Part shown: piece after piece, positions 40,819 to 50,741 of the stretch | Layout of the letters: each line of letters opens with the position of its first letter | How positions within the stretch are numbered: the stretch's first letter is position 1 | From: an uncultured delta proteobacterium | GTDB taxonomy: Bacteria > Myxococcota > UBA727 > VGSZ01 | DNA: 64,000 nucleotides | Assembly: GCA_963775425.1 (NCBI GenBank) | Contig: CAVZJB010000003.1 | Location: forward strand, 224,001-288,000 | Direction of reading: 5' to 3' | Translations under genes and position numbers: made by a program | Notes under the pieces: generated by a model | What the model was told of the DNA's origin: nothing | Database searches by the model: none | The model's input: the letters and a program-made list of their open reading frames with translations, nothing else

Positions 40819-41945
40819 CGCTCCCGTCGGCGTTCGCGCATCTGCTGGACGGCGCCGCGTCGCCGGCGGGCGCCGCGCACGGCGAGCCGAACGCGGCGTC
40901 GCGCGGCGGCGGCGACGAGGCGCTGCTGTGGCGCGCGCTCGACAACGCCGCGCGCGGTGTCGGGCGCACGGCGCCGAACCCGCCCGTGGGCGCCGTCGTC
41001 GTGAAGGACGGCTTCGTCCTCGGCGACGGCCACCACGCGAGAGCCGGCGATCGCCACGCCGAGGTCGTCGCCCTCGACGCCGTGCTCGCGGCGCACGGGG
41101 CGGGCGCCGCGCGCGGGTCCACGATGTTCGTCACGCTCGAGCCGTGCGTGCACCACGGGCGCACGCCGCCGTGCAGCGAGCGCGTCATCGCCGAGGGCGT
41201 CGCGCGCGTCGTCGTCGGCGCGCTCGATCCGAACCCCGCGGTGCACGGCAAGGGCGTCGCGCGCTTGAGGCAGGCCGGCGTCGCCGTCGCCGTCGCCGCC
41301 GGCGCGGTCGCCGATCGCTGCGCGGCGCTCATCGCGCCGTTTTCGCGCGCGCTCGTCGACGGGCGCGTGTACGTCGTCCTCAAGATCGCCGCCTCGCTCG
41401 ACGGCCGCGTGGCGACGGCTAACGGCGCGTCGCGGTGGATCACCGGCGCCCCCGCGCGCGCGCTCGTGCACCGGCTGCGCGACGCCTGCGACGCCGTCGT
41501 CGTCGGCGCCGGCACCGTCCTCGCCGACGACCCCGCGCTCACGGTGCGAGACGTCCCCGGCCGCGATCCCCTGCGGGTGATCCTCGACGGCCGCGGCCGC
41601 GTCCCCGCGTCGGCGCGCGCCCTCGCGGGTGCCGTCCATGTGCGGGCCGAGCCGGGCCGCGACCACGTCGACCTCCGCGCGGCGCTCGCGGACCTGGCCC
41701 GCGGCCGCGGCCTCGCCGCAGCGCTCGTCGAGGCCGGCCCCGGGCTCGCCACCGCGCTCCTCGAGCAGGACCTCGTCGACGAGCTGTGGTGGATGACCGC
41801 GCCTGTGGTCCTCGGCGGCGACGCGCTCCCCGCGGTCGGCGCCCTCGGCCTCGCCGCCCCCGCCGACGGCCCGCGCTTCTCGGTGCTCCACCGCGCCGCC
41901 CTCGGCGACGACGCGGTCGCGGTGCTGCGCCGGATCGGCTCGTGA
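40815..41945 (+). CDS. ribD: Riboflavin biosynthesis deaminase/reductase RibD
   Basis: [50 protein letters not shown]. Confidence 0.95.
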   Translation: MTLPSAFAHLLDGAASPAGAAHGEPNAASRGGGDEALLWRALDNAARGVGRTAPNPPVGAVVVKDGFVLGDGHHARAGDRHAEVVALDAVLAAHGAGAARGSTMFVTLEPCVHHGRTPPCSERVIAEGVARVVVGALDPNPAVHGKGVARLRQAGVAVAVAAGAVADRCAALIAPFSRALVDGRVYVVLKIAASLDGRVATANGASRWITGAPARALVHRLRDACDAVVVGAGTVLADDPALTVRDVPGRDPLRVILDGRGRVPASARALAGAVHVRAEPGRDHVDLRAALADLARGRGLAAALVEAGPGLATALLEQDLVDELWWMTAPVVLGGDALPAVGALGLAAPADGPRFSVLHRAALGDDAVAVLRRIGS

Positions 41946-42287
41946 GCGCGCGCGGCGTGGTGATCGACCGGCGCGCTGCCGTTGCGACCGGCCTGCACGA
42001 GGATCTGCGCGCGGCTCATGATCCGCGTCCCCGCCGCGATCGCCGCAGGCGCGGTGACTCCCTCCACGGCGGAACGCGCCGACGTCGTTCGGCGCGGCGC
42101 GGGGGAGGGCCACCGCCGCGTGCCGACGTCGTTCGCCGGCCGATCGAGGGAGCGCATGAAATTCTTTCGTCGGGGCTGGCGCGCGCGCATCACCCGTGGC
42201 ACACGGCGGGTGATCGCGGCGCGCTTCCTGCACCGCGAGTGCCGAAGTGTGCGTGAGCCGCACACCCCGTTGTGAAGGAGTGCCTGT

Positions 42288-43760
42288 ATGTGTCGGATGG
42301 TCATGACCCCTGTCCTCGTTGCCAGCCTCGCCGTGGCTGTCGCTGCATTCACCGCTTGCCCCGGCGAAGGCGAAGGCGAAGGTGAGGGCGAGGGCGAAGG
42401 CGAAGGCGAGGGCGACACCCAGTGCGGCGCGCGCGACCTCCCCTGCCACCCGGACGGCACCCCCAACTCGCAGTCCGACTGCTGCGACGCCACCGACGTC
42501 TGCGTGCCGCTCGACGGCAACGCCACCGTCGGCGCCTGCCGCCAGAAGTGCGGCGACCTCACCATCCAGAACGGCCAGGTCGCGAACGCCACCAAGGACC
42601 CCAGCGTCACCTGCACGGGGACGCGCACCTGCCAGACCGTCACCACCACCCCGGCGCTCGACATCGTCGCCGAGGCGTGCATCGAGCCGGCTGACGGCAT
42701 CGACGGCCTCTGCCACGACCTCTTCGACGTCGAGCTCCAGGACGCGGCGTGCCCCGACGGCCTCGACTGCGAGATCACGGCCACCGACGCCAACGGCGAC
42801 CCGTCGTCGTTGAACTGCAAGCAGCCGTGCGACCCCTTCGACGACACCAGCGTCGCCGTCTGCACGGACCAGGGCCTCGAGTGCCTCCAGGCGCCGCTGC
42901 AGTTCGCGAACATCCAGGACGACGGCAACGGCGGCCAGGTCCGCTGCGACGACGGCGCCACGCCCGACGGCAACGAGCTCGCGGCCTGCCAGGCCGGCGG
43001 CAACGCCGCGGACTGCCCGTGTGACACGGCCAACGGCTTCACCTGCGCGCAGTTCGGCCTCACCGGCGGCGGCAGCGGCTTCTTCTGCAACAAGGCCACC
43101 ACCAACTGCGCCACCAACGTCCCGGCCACCACCCAGGCCGTCCTCGACGCGGATCCGGCGCACGCGATCAATGACCCGAACTTCCTCTGCAACGGCGTCG
43201 ACGCCAGCCGCTACTGCGACCCGTCGATGTTCGACGGCGTGCCGGCCGAGAACGCGGGCAGCGACATCTGCATCTCCATCAGCCGCACCAGCAACGACGG
43301 CGTCTGCTTCGCGTTCTGCGGGTCGCCCGACGTCGACGACAACAACAACGGCACCATCGAGGACACCGAGAAGGGCCAGACCTTCCAGTGCGCCGACGGC
43401 TTCACCTGCGAGCCGAAGTTCGGTGTCAGCATCGGCATCTGGGTCGACATCCTCGACGCCCAGGGCAACCAGCAGACCTGCGCCTGCGACGGCGACGCCC
43501 AGTTCTGCGACGGCGGCACCCAGTGCGGCGCCAGCTCGCCGACCTTCTGCGTGAACAACCAGGGCTTCCACTGCGAGGCCCCCTTCAGCAGCTGCGAGCC
43601 CAACGCCGGCGAAGGCGAGGGCGAAGGCGAAGGCGAAGGCGAAGGCGAAGGCGAAGGCGAAGGCGAAGGCGAAGGCGAAGGCGAAGGCGAAGGCGAAGGT
43701 GAGGGCGAAGGCGAAGGCGAAGGCGAGGGCGAAGGCGAGGGCGAGGGCGAGGGCGAGTAG
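42288..43760 (+). CDS. Cys-rich acidic lipoprotein with (GE)n tracts at both ends
   Basis: RBS AAGGAG, lipobox FTAC, short N-terminal and long C-terminal (GE)n tracts, Ca-binding-like DVDDNNNGTIE. Confidence 0.8.
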   Translation: MCRMVMTPVLVASLAVAVAAFTACPGEGEGEGEGEGEGEGEGDTQCGARDLPCHPDGTPNSQSDCCDATDVCVPLDGNATVGACRQKCGDLTIQNGQVANATKDPSVTCTGTRTCQTVTTTPALDIVAEACIEPADGIDGLCHDLFDVELQDAACPDGLDCEITATDANGDPSSLNCKQPCDPFDDTSVAVCTDQGLECLQAPLQFANIQDDGNGGQVRCDDGATPDGNELAACQAGGNAADCPCDTANGFTCAQFGLTGGGSGFFCNKATTNCATNVPATTQAVLDADPAHAINDPNFLCNGVDASRYCDPSMFDGVPAENAGSDICISISRTSNDGVCFAFCGSPDVDDNNNGTIEDTEKGQTFQCADGFTCEPKFGVSIGIWVDILDAQGNQQTCACDGDAQFCDGGTQCGASSPTFCVNNQGFHCEAPFSSCEPNAGEGEGEGEGEGEGEGEGEGEGEGEGEGEGEGEGEGEGEGEGEGEGEGEGE

Positions 43761-43785
43761 CCCGCGTCCCCAGCTCCGCTGACCG

Positions 43786-43818
43786 AGAGCGCCGGCTTCC
43801 CGCCGGCGCTCTTCTTTT
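43786..43818 (+). terminator. Probable intrinsic terminator
   Basis: AGAGCGCCGGC-TTCCC-GCCGGCGCTCT stem followed by TCTTTT. Confidence 0.75.
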
Positions 43819-43891
43819 GTGGCTCTCACGGCGCGACGCCCCGCCGGATCCTCGGGTGGCAACGAGGACCGGCATCGCCGACAATAGGGGC

Positions 43892-45007
43892 ATGAAGCGC
43901 GTGGTCCTCGTCGCCCTCCTCGCCTTCCCCACACTCGGGGTGAGCTGCGACGGCGTCGGCACCTTCGACGGCGGTGTGGGTGTCGACGCCGGCCCCATCG
44001 GCCCCGGCACGGTGCCGCTCAGCTCCATCGGCAAGACGTGCTCGTATGACCCCAACGACCCGAACGCGCCCAACCCGACCAACGACTGCGACACCGGCCT
44101 CGAGTGCCTGATCTTCACCCGCGACGGCGTCTACACCTCGGGGCTCGCGCTGTCGGCCTGGGAGGATCAGTTCACCATCTACCAGTCAAACCCCGACGTC
44201 GACGTCGGGTACTGCACGCCGGCGGGCGTCCTCGGTCAAACCTTCGCCTGTCCGGCGGGGAGCGCGCCGAAGCTGTTGTCCCCCAACATTCTCGTGTGCC
44301 TCAAGCTCTGCAACACGCCCGCGGACTGCGGCCGCTCCGATTACACCTGCGACGTCCGCTACTTCGACGTCGTCGACAACCAGGGCAACGAGCTGCCCAC
44401 GTGCGTGCGCAAGTGCGACTTCGACGTCCCCACCTGCGTGCGCTCGGGCGTCGTCCAGAGCGCACAGAACGCCGCCGTCCTCGAGCCCGAGCTCGTGTTC
44501 GAGGACCTCGCGGGCGGCGCCGAGTGCGGCGGCGACGGCATCTGCCAGGCCGTCACCCAACACGGCGTCGCCAAGCCCGGCGAGCCGTGCACGAGAACGG
44601 AGGACTGCTCCGTCGGCTCGGCCTGCATCCAGGCGCCCATCCTCAACGCGGTGCTCGGCGCGGGCAACGAGGCCAGTACCGGCTTCTGCGCGTCGCCGTG
44701 CAAGCCCGACACCACGGGCCAGACCCCGCAGGGCACGTGCACCGATGGCTTCATCTGCCAGAGCGCGGGTGCGTTGAACCTCGGCTTCGCCGACCCGGCA
44801 AACGGGATCCCCGGGCCCATCGTCCGCAGCCTCGCCTCGGGCGGCGTCGACACCGTCGGCGGCTTCTGCTTCCACCAGTGTCAGCTCGGGGTCCAGGCCG
44901 ACTGCAGCCCCTTCGCCGGCACCGTCTGCGGCTCCCTCGACGAGGCCCGCGTCGGCGACACCTGGAACCAGGTGCCGCAGTGCCTCCCGGACGCCCTCGC
45001 CAACTGA
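43892..45007 (+). CDS. Cys-rich secreted (lipo)protein
   Basis: MKRVVLVALL...VSC signal; CNTPADCGR, GEPCTRTEDC, GFC..PC motifs typical of myxobacterial Cys-rich proteins. Confidence 0.8.
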   Translation: MKRVVLVALLAFPTLGVSCDGVGTFDGGVGVDAGPIGPGTVPLSSIGKTCSYDPNDPNAPNPTNDCDTGLECLIFTRDGVYTSGLALSAWEDQFTIYQSNPDVDVGYCTPAGVLGQTFACPAGSAPKLLSPNILVCLKLCNTPADCGRSDYTCDVRYFDVVDNQGNELPTCVRKCDFDVPTCVRSGVVQSAQNAAVLEPELVFEDLAGGAECGGDGICQAVTQHGVAKPGEPCTRTEDCSVGSACIQAPILNAVLGAGNEASTGFCASPCKPDTTGQTPQGTCTDGFICQSAGALNLGFADPANGIPGPIVRSLASGGVDTVGGFCFHQCQLGVQADCSPFAGTVCGSLDEARVGDTWNQVPQCLPDALAN

Positions 45008-45053
45008 AGCGCGGCGTTGACCAATCGATCACCGACGGGAGAGACTCGCGCGC

Positions 45054-45425
45054 ATGCGTGCTCTCATCGTGGACGATTCGCCGACGGCCCGGGCGCAGGC
45101 CTGCGCGGCGCTCGAGGACGCGCAGGAGAGGCTCGGCCTCGCGTTCGAGGTCGAGGAGGCCGGCAACGGCGTCGAGGCCTTGCGCGCCTTGGCGTCCGAG
45201 GTCGTCGACCTTCTCATCGTCGACCTGCACATGCCCGACATGACGGGCCTCGAGGTGCTCGCGTTCTGGCGCACGCGCGGCACCGGCAAGCGCGCCGTCG
45301 TCGTCAGCACCGACGTGTCGAGCCGCGACAAGGACAAGGCGCTCGAGAGCGGCGCGTGGCGCTTCCTCGAAAAGCCCGTCACCGTCGACGCCCTCGCCGA
45401 GGCGCTCGAAGGGCTCCGCGCGTGA
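45054..45425 (+). CDS. cheY: CheY-like response regulator
   Basis: LIVDDS, VDLHMPDMTG, KP. Confidence 0.88.
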   Translation: MRALIVDDSPTARAQACAALEDAQERLGLAFEVEEAGNGVEALRALASEVVDLLIVDLHMPDMTGLEVLAFWRTRGTGKRAVVVSTDVSSRDKDKALESGAWRFLEKPVTVDALAEALEGLRA

Positions 45426-47509
45426 CGCTGGATTGGTCGCAGCGGGAGTTCCTGGCCGAGGCCACGGAGATCGTCGATCACCTCGGCGCGGGCCTCGCCG
45501 CCATCGACGCCGAGCGCAAGAAGGGGCCGCCGTCTCCGTCGCGCTTGAACGAGGTGTTCCGGCAGGCCCACTCGCTCAAGGGCCTGGCCGGCATGTTCGG
45601 CGTCGAGGGCATGAGCAAGATCGCGCACCACATGGAGACGCTCCTGGACGGGATGCGCCTCGGCCGGCTCGACCTCGACGACCGCTTGATGGAGACCCTC
45701 TACGGCTGCACCGACGCCTTCGGCAGGCTCCTCACCGACGTCAAGGCCGGCCGTCCCCTCGACGAGGCCGTGGTCGCCCAGCTCACCAAGCGGCTCGAGG
45801 AGGCGTCGCAAAAGCGCGACGCAGGCGCCGGCGGGACCCTCGGGCACCTGCGGCTGCCGCCGGAGGCGCTGTCGGCCCTCACCGAATACGAGGAGCACCG
45901 GCTCCACGAGAACCTCCGCTCGGGGACGCCCGTCTACAAGCTGCACGCGCCGCTGCCTTTGTCGTCGTTCGAGAAGGATTTCACGGCGGTGACGGCGGCG
46001 CTCAACGAGCTCGGCGAGGTGGTGACCACGCTGCCGTCCACCGATGAGAGCGGCAAGCTCATCATCTTCGACATCGTCTTCGCCTCGAGCCTCGACCCGA
46101 GCGGCGTGCGCACGCGCCTGGCGCCCATCGGGGACTACGCCGTCGAGCGCATCGACGACGGCGCGCCTCCCGTCACCGCCGCGGGCCGAGGCGGCGGCGA
46201 GACCCAGTTGCCGAACGCCGTCGTCGTCGGTGACGACGAGCAGGCCACGCTGCGCCAGGTGGCAGAGACGGTGCGGGTGGACATCAGGAAGCTCGACGAG
46301 CTCATGGGCATCGTCGGCGAGCTCGTGCTCGCGCGCGGCGGCCTGTCGCGCGTCACTGCCGAGCTCAAGGCCGAGACCGGCTACCGCGGCCTCGCCGTCG
46401 ACCTCCACCGGCTGGTGCGCACCCTCGAGCGCCGCATCGTGGACCTGCAGACGGCCATCATGCAGGTGCGCATGGTCCCCCTCGGCCAGGTGTTCGAGCG
46501 GCTGTCGCGCACGGTGCGGCGCATCTCCAGCCAGCTCGGCAAGGAGATCGAGCTCGAGCTGCACGGCGAGGAGACCGAGCTCGATAAGCTCATCGTCGAG
46601 GACCTCGTCGACCCGCTGATGCACCTGGTGCGAAACGCCGTCGACCACGGCATCGAGTCCATGGAGGCGCGGCGGGCGGCGGGGAAACCGGCGGCGGGCA
46701 AGCTCGAGCTGCGGGCCTACCCGCGAGGCAACCACGTCATCATCGACATCATCGACGACGGCCGCGGCATCGACGAGGTCGCCGTCAAGCGCACCGCGCT
46801 CGAGCGCGGCATCGTCGACGACGAGCACATCGGGCAGCTCTCGCGGCGCGACGTGTGGAACCTCATTTTCTCGCCGGGCTTCTCCACGAGGAAGGACGTC
46901 ACCGAGACCAGCGGCCGCGGCGTCGGCCTCGACGTGGTCAAGACCAACGTCGCCCGCCTGAGCGGCCTCATCGACGTCGAGAGCCTGGCGGGCAGGGGGA
47001 CCAAGTTCTCCATCACGCTGCCCATCACGCTCGCCATCATCCAGGCTGTCATCATCCGGTCGGCCAGGCGCGTCTATGCGCTGCCGCTCGCGAGCGTCCT
47101 CGAGATCGTGGCGGTGCAGCCGGCGGACCTCTGCCGCGTCGAGGGCAAGGAGATGCTGCAGTTGCGCGGGCAGACGCTGCCGGTCCTGCGGCTCGACCGC
47201 GTCTTCCACGCGCTCGATGCGCAACAGGCGCGTCCCGCGGCGGCCGGCGACGGCGCCCTCGGCTATGCGGCCGTCGTCGGGCTCGCGCAGCACCGCGCGG
47301 CGCTCATCATCGACGACGTGCTCGGACAACAGGACATCGTCATCAAGTCGCTCGGCGCGTACCTGGCCAAGGTGCGCGGCATCGCCGGGGCCACGCACCT
47401 CGGCGACCACGAGACCATCCTCGTCCTCGACGTCGCCTCGCTCGTGCAGGAGCTCCTGCAGGCCGACGCCGGCGAGCTGCGTGCGCTGCGAACGCAGCCG
47501 GGAGCCTGA
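45422..47509 (+). CDS. cheA: Chemotaxis histidine kinase CheA
   Basis: Hpt FRQAHSLKG, VRVDIRKLD, HLVRNAVDHGIE, SGRGVGLDVV, C-terminal CheW domain. Confidence 0.96.
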   Translation: MTLDWSQREFLAEATEIVDHLGAGLAAIDAERKKGPPSPSRLNEVFRQAHSLKGLAGMFGVEGMSKIAHHMETLLDGMRLGRLDLDDRLMETLYGCTDAFGRLLTDVKAGRPLDEAVVAQLTKRLEEASQKRDAGAGGTLGHLRLPPEALSALTEYEEHRLHENLRSGTPVYKLHAPLPLSSFEKDFTAVTAALNELGEVVTTLPSTDESGKLIIFDIVFASSLDPSGVRTRLAPIGDYAVERIDDGAPPVTAAGRGGGETQLPNAVVVGDDEQATLRQVAETVRVDIRKLDELMGIVGELVLARGGLSRVTAELKAETGYRGLAVDLHRLVRTLERRIVDLQTAIMQVRMVPLGQVFERLSRTVRRISSQLGKEIELELHGEETELDKLIVEDLVDPLMHLVRNAVDHGIESMEARRAAGKPAAGKLELRAYPRGNHVIIDIIDDGRGIDEVAVKRTALERGIVDDEHIGQLSRRDVWNLIFSPGFSTRKDVTETSGRGVGLDVVKTNVARLSGLIDVESLAGRGTKFSITLPITLAIIQAVIIRSARRVYALPLASVLEIVAVQPADLCRVEGKEMLQLRGQTLPVLRLDRVFHALDAQQARPAAAGDGALGYAAVVGLAQHRAALIIDDVLGQQDIVIKSLGAYLAKVRGIAGATHLGDHETILVLDVASLVQELLQADAGELRALRTQPGA

Positions 47510-47510
47510 G

Positions 47511-48371
47511 GTGTACGAGGCGTTCTACGGGCTCTCGCGGCGACCCTTCGGCAAGACCCCCAATCCCTCGTTCCTGTACGAGGGAGCGCACCACGGCGAA
47601 GCGCTCGCGCGCCTCGAGATGGCCGCGGCCGACAAGGACATCGCCCTGCTCACGGGCGACATCGGTGCCGGCAAGACCACGCTGTCGCGCGCGTTGGTCG
47701 ATCGGCTCGACGCGCCCGGCGCCGCTGACGCCACGGCGATGGGCGCTCCGAGCTACCGCGTGGTCCTCGTGATCAACCCGCGGCTCAGCGCGGCCGAGAT
47801 GCTCGCGTTCATCGCCGAGCGGCTCGGGGCCGACCACGTGCCCAGACAGAAGCCCAAGCTCGTCGACGTCATCACCGCGCGCCTGTACGCGCTCTACGAA
47901 GAGGGGCACAAGCCGCTCGTGATCGTCGACGAGGCGCACCTCATCACCCAGAAGGCCGTCTTCGAGGAGCTGCGGCTGCTCACGAACCTTCAGCTCGACG
48001 ACGAGCCGCTCGTCGGCCTGCTCCTCATCGGTCAGCCCGAGCTGCGAAAGACGCTCGAGAAGCCGAGCCTCAAGAGCTTCACGCAGCGCATCGGCGTCGC
48101 CTACCACCTGGGCGCCCTCGACGCCGACGACACCGCCGCCTACGTCCTCCACCGCCTCGCGGTCGCGGGGCGCGACGAGGCGCTGTTCACGAGCGACGCG
48201 CTCGCAGCCGTCTTCGACAGGAGCGGCGGCGTCCCGCGCCGCATCAACACGCTTTGCCAGGGCGCGCTGCTGGCGGGTTACGCCAGCGGCGCCGCGAGCA
48301 TCGACGCCGCCGTCGTCGACGACGTTCACCGCGACTTCTCCGTGCACATGGGGCGCCTATGGACATCCTGA
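47511..48371 (+). CDS. ExeA/GspA-like AAA ATPase
   Basis: YEAFYGLSRRPF..TPNP.FLY, GDIGAGKT, IVDEAH, LIGQPEL, GGVPRRIN. Confidence 0.92.
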   Translation: MYEAFYGLSRRPFGKTPNPSFLYEGAHHGEALARLEMAAADKDIALLTGDIGAGKTTLSRALVDRLDAPGAADATAMGAPSYRVVLVINPRLSAAEMLAFIAERLGADHVPRQKPKLVDVITARLYALYEEGHKPLVIVDEAHLITQKAVFEELRLLTNLQLDDEPLVGLLLIGQPELRKTLEKPSLKSFTQRIGVAYHLGALDADDTAAYVLHRLAVAGRDEALFTSDALAAVFDRSGGVPRRINTLCQGALLAGYASGAASIDAAVVDDVHRDFSVHMGRLWTS

Positions 48372-49255
48372 AGGCACGGCGCAAGGCCAAGGAGCACAAG
48401 CAGCGCGAGGCCGAGGAGCGCGCGCACGAGGCCGCGCTCAAGGAGGACATCGAGCGCGCGCGTGCCCGCGCCGCCCCCGTCGACGAGCCCACCGTGCCCG
48501 AGGCCGTCGCCGGGTCGCGGCCGCCGTCCGGCGGCGACGCCGGGCCCGCGGCGCGGGGCAGGGCGTCGCAGCCGCCCGTCCGCGTCGACCCGCTGCAGGA
48601 GTTCCTCGCCTCCTACGACGACGGCGACCTCGTCGACGACGTCGAAGGCGGCTACGCCGGCGCCGAGCCCACGTCCGACGACGAGAAGCGCTTCCTCTCG
48701 TTCGATCTCGCCGGCGAGGCCTACGCCGCGAGCATCATGGACATCCGCGAGATCCTGAAGGTCGTGAGCCTCACCGAGGTGCCGCGTGCGCCCCGCGAGG
48801 TGCTCGGCGTGCTCAGCAAGCGTGGCGTCGTCATGCCCGTCGCCGACCTCGCCGCCGTGCTCGGCCTGCGGGAGTCCGATCAGCGACCGGAGGGAGCGGC
48901 CGCGCTTGATCGCTCCCGCGGGGGCGATCCGGCGCGCACGGCCCCCCCTGGCGCAGAGCAAGCGGGGGTGCTCCCTCCCCTCGCCGACCAGCGCGTCCTC
49001 GTCGCCGGCGACGGCGACCGCGTCTGCGGCCTCCGCGTGGACCGGGTGAGCCAGGTGGTGCGCCTGAGCCAGCGCGCCATCGAGGAGGTGCCGCCGAGCC
49101 TCGGGGCCAAGAACGCGCACATGCTGCTCGGCCTCGGGCGCGCCCGTGTGGAGGGACACGAGCAGCCGCTCATGTTCATCCTCCTCGATGTGCCCGCGGT
49201 GCTCGCGCACTTCGCCGAGACCATGGGCATCGAAGCGCTGAAGGAGGGCCGGTGA
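48359..49255 (+). CDS. cheW: CheW-like protein with N-terminal extension and internal repeat-derived insert
   Basis: FLSFDLAGEAYA..I..IREI, TEVPRAP..VLGV...RG.VMPV.DL, GLRVDRV. Confidence 0.88.
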   Translation: MDILKARRKAKEHKQREAEERAHEAALKEDIERARARAAPVDEPTVPEAVAGSRPPSGGDAGPAARGRASQPPVRVDPLQEFLASYDDGDLVDDVEGGYAGAEPTSDDEKRFLSFDLAGEAYAASIMDIREILKVVSLTEVPRAPREVLGVLSKRGVVMPVADLAAVLGLRESDQRPEGAAALDRSRGGDPARTAPPGAEQAGVLPPLADQRVLVAGDGDRVCGLRVDRVSQVVRLSQRAIEEVPPSLGAKNAHMLLGLGRARVEGHEQPLMFILLDVPAVLAHFAETMGIEALKEGR

Positions 49256-49833
49256 GCCCCGTGCGTGAAAAGGCAGGCGCCTCGAGCTTCGACCCCGAGG
49301 AGGAGTTCCGCCTCGCCACGTTCGCCGTCGGCGACGACCTCTACGCCATCGACATCATGCGCATCCGCGAGATCGTGCGGCCGCTGATGGTGACGCCGGT
49401 GCCCAAGGCGCCCGCGGGGATGGTCGGCGTCATCGACCTGCGCGGCGCGGTGCTGCCGCTGTTCGACCTGCGCCTGCGCTTCGACCTGCCCGCGCGCACG
49501 CAGGCCGAGCTGGTCCACGTCCGCCACGTGATCGTCACCCTCGACGGGCGCATGCTCGGCCTCGTGGTCGACGCCATGCATGACGTCGTCAACGTCACAC
49601 GCTCGCAGCTCCGCGTCGGCGAAGGGGTCCTCGCGGGCGAGGCCGCCGAGGTGTTCATCGGCGTCTGCCCGGTGCCCGCCAAGGACGGCGAGCGCCTCGC
49701 GCTGCTGTTGAACCTGCGCCGCGTCCTCGCGGGCGCGCACGCCATCCCCGTCGGCGACCTGCTGCGAGGCACCAACAAGACACTGCTGCCGGCGCCCGTC
49801 ACGCCGCCGCGCCTCGGCAAGGAGCTCAAGTGA
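49252..49833 (+). CDS. cheW: CheW protein
   Basis: FAVGDDLYAIDIMRIREI, TPVPKAP..GVIDLRG..LP, GLVVD. Confidence 0.92.
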   Translation: MSPVREKAGASSFDPEEEFRLATFAVGDDLYAIDIMRIREIVRPLMVTPVPKAPAGMVGVIDLRGAVLPLFDLRLRFDLPARTQAELVHVRHVIVTLDGRMLGLVVDAMHDVVNVTRSQLRVGEGVLAGEAAEVFIGVCPVPAKDGERLALLLNLRRVLAGAHAIPVGDLLRGTNKTLLPAPVTPPRLGKELK

Positions 49834-50717
49834 ACGGCCGCGTCTTCTTCTGCCCGAGCTGCGGCGCCCGCTACGACGTCACGCGCGAGCTCCTCGAGCA
49901 GAACGTCGTGCTCCTGTGCGGCATCTGCGGGAGCGCGTCACACATCGGCGAGCCCGAGGCCGACGCGCAAAAGCCCCCCGAGGAGAGCGACGCCGAGCGC
50001 GCGCTGCGTGAGGCCCAACTGCCGCGCGTGGTCGTCGCTCACGAGGTGCCGGCCGCCGCGCGCTCCATCGCGCAGGTGCTTCGCGCCGCCGGGTACGCGC
50101 CCCTGTGCGTGCGCTCCGGCGAGCAGGTGCTCTCGGCGTGCGATCCCGCCATGCCGAGCCCGCCGGTGGCGGTTGTCCTCGACGTCGCCATCCCCGGCGT
50201 GCTCGCATTCGAGGTGATCGAGCAGCTCCGCGCGCACCCGAAGACCAAGGGCGTAGCCGTGGTGCTCCTCGCGTCGGTCTTCGAGCGCACGCGGTACAAG
50301 CGGCGCCCCACGAACCTCTACGGGGCCGACGCCTACCTCGAGCTGCACCACGTGCCCGACCGCCTCGCCCCCGTCATCGCGGAGGTGAGCGCCCACCGCC
50401 CGCCGGGGCCGGACCGCCTCCAGGCGCCCGTGGAGCGCGCGCGGACGGCGGCGCTGCGCGCGCGCCCCGACGCCGAGGACGTCGACGCCGCCGCCGCCCT
50501 CGCGCGCCGGCTGTTGAGCGACGTCGCCCTCTACCACGGCGACGAGCTGGCCGACGGCGTTCGTCGCGGAAACCCCTTCGCCTCCCTCGGGGCCGCCGTC
50601 GACAACGCCCGCGAGCTGTTCCGCGCGGCCTCCCACGCGCAGGGCGTCTTCGAAGACGAGCTGCAGCGCTTCTCGTCGCAGCTCCTCGACCGAAACGGCG
50701 GGAGGCGCGATGCGTGA
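49830..50717 (+). CDS. Zinc-ribbon plus atypical receiver domain protein
   Basis: CPSC...CGIC, degenerate receiver VVLDVAIPG, ARRLLSDVALY tail. Confidence 0.8.
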   Translation: MNGRVFFCPSCGARYDVTRELLEQNVVLLCGICGSASHIGEPEADAQKPPEESDAERALREAQLPRVVVAHEVPAAARSIAQVLRAAGYAPLCVRSGEQVLSACDPAMPSPPVAVVLDVAIPGVLAFEVIEQLRAHPKTKGVAVVLLASVFERTRYKRRPTNLYGADAYLELHHVPDRLAPVIAEVSAHRPPGPDRLQAPVERARTAALRARPDAEDVDAAAALARRLLSDVALYHGDELADGVRRGNPFASLGAAVDNARELFRAASHAQGVFEDELQRFSSQLLDRNGGRRDA

Positions 50718-50741
50718 CGAGCCCCCACCGGAGGTGGCGCC

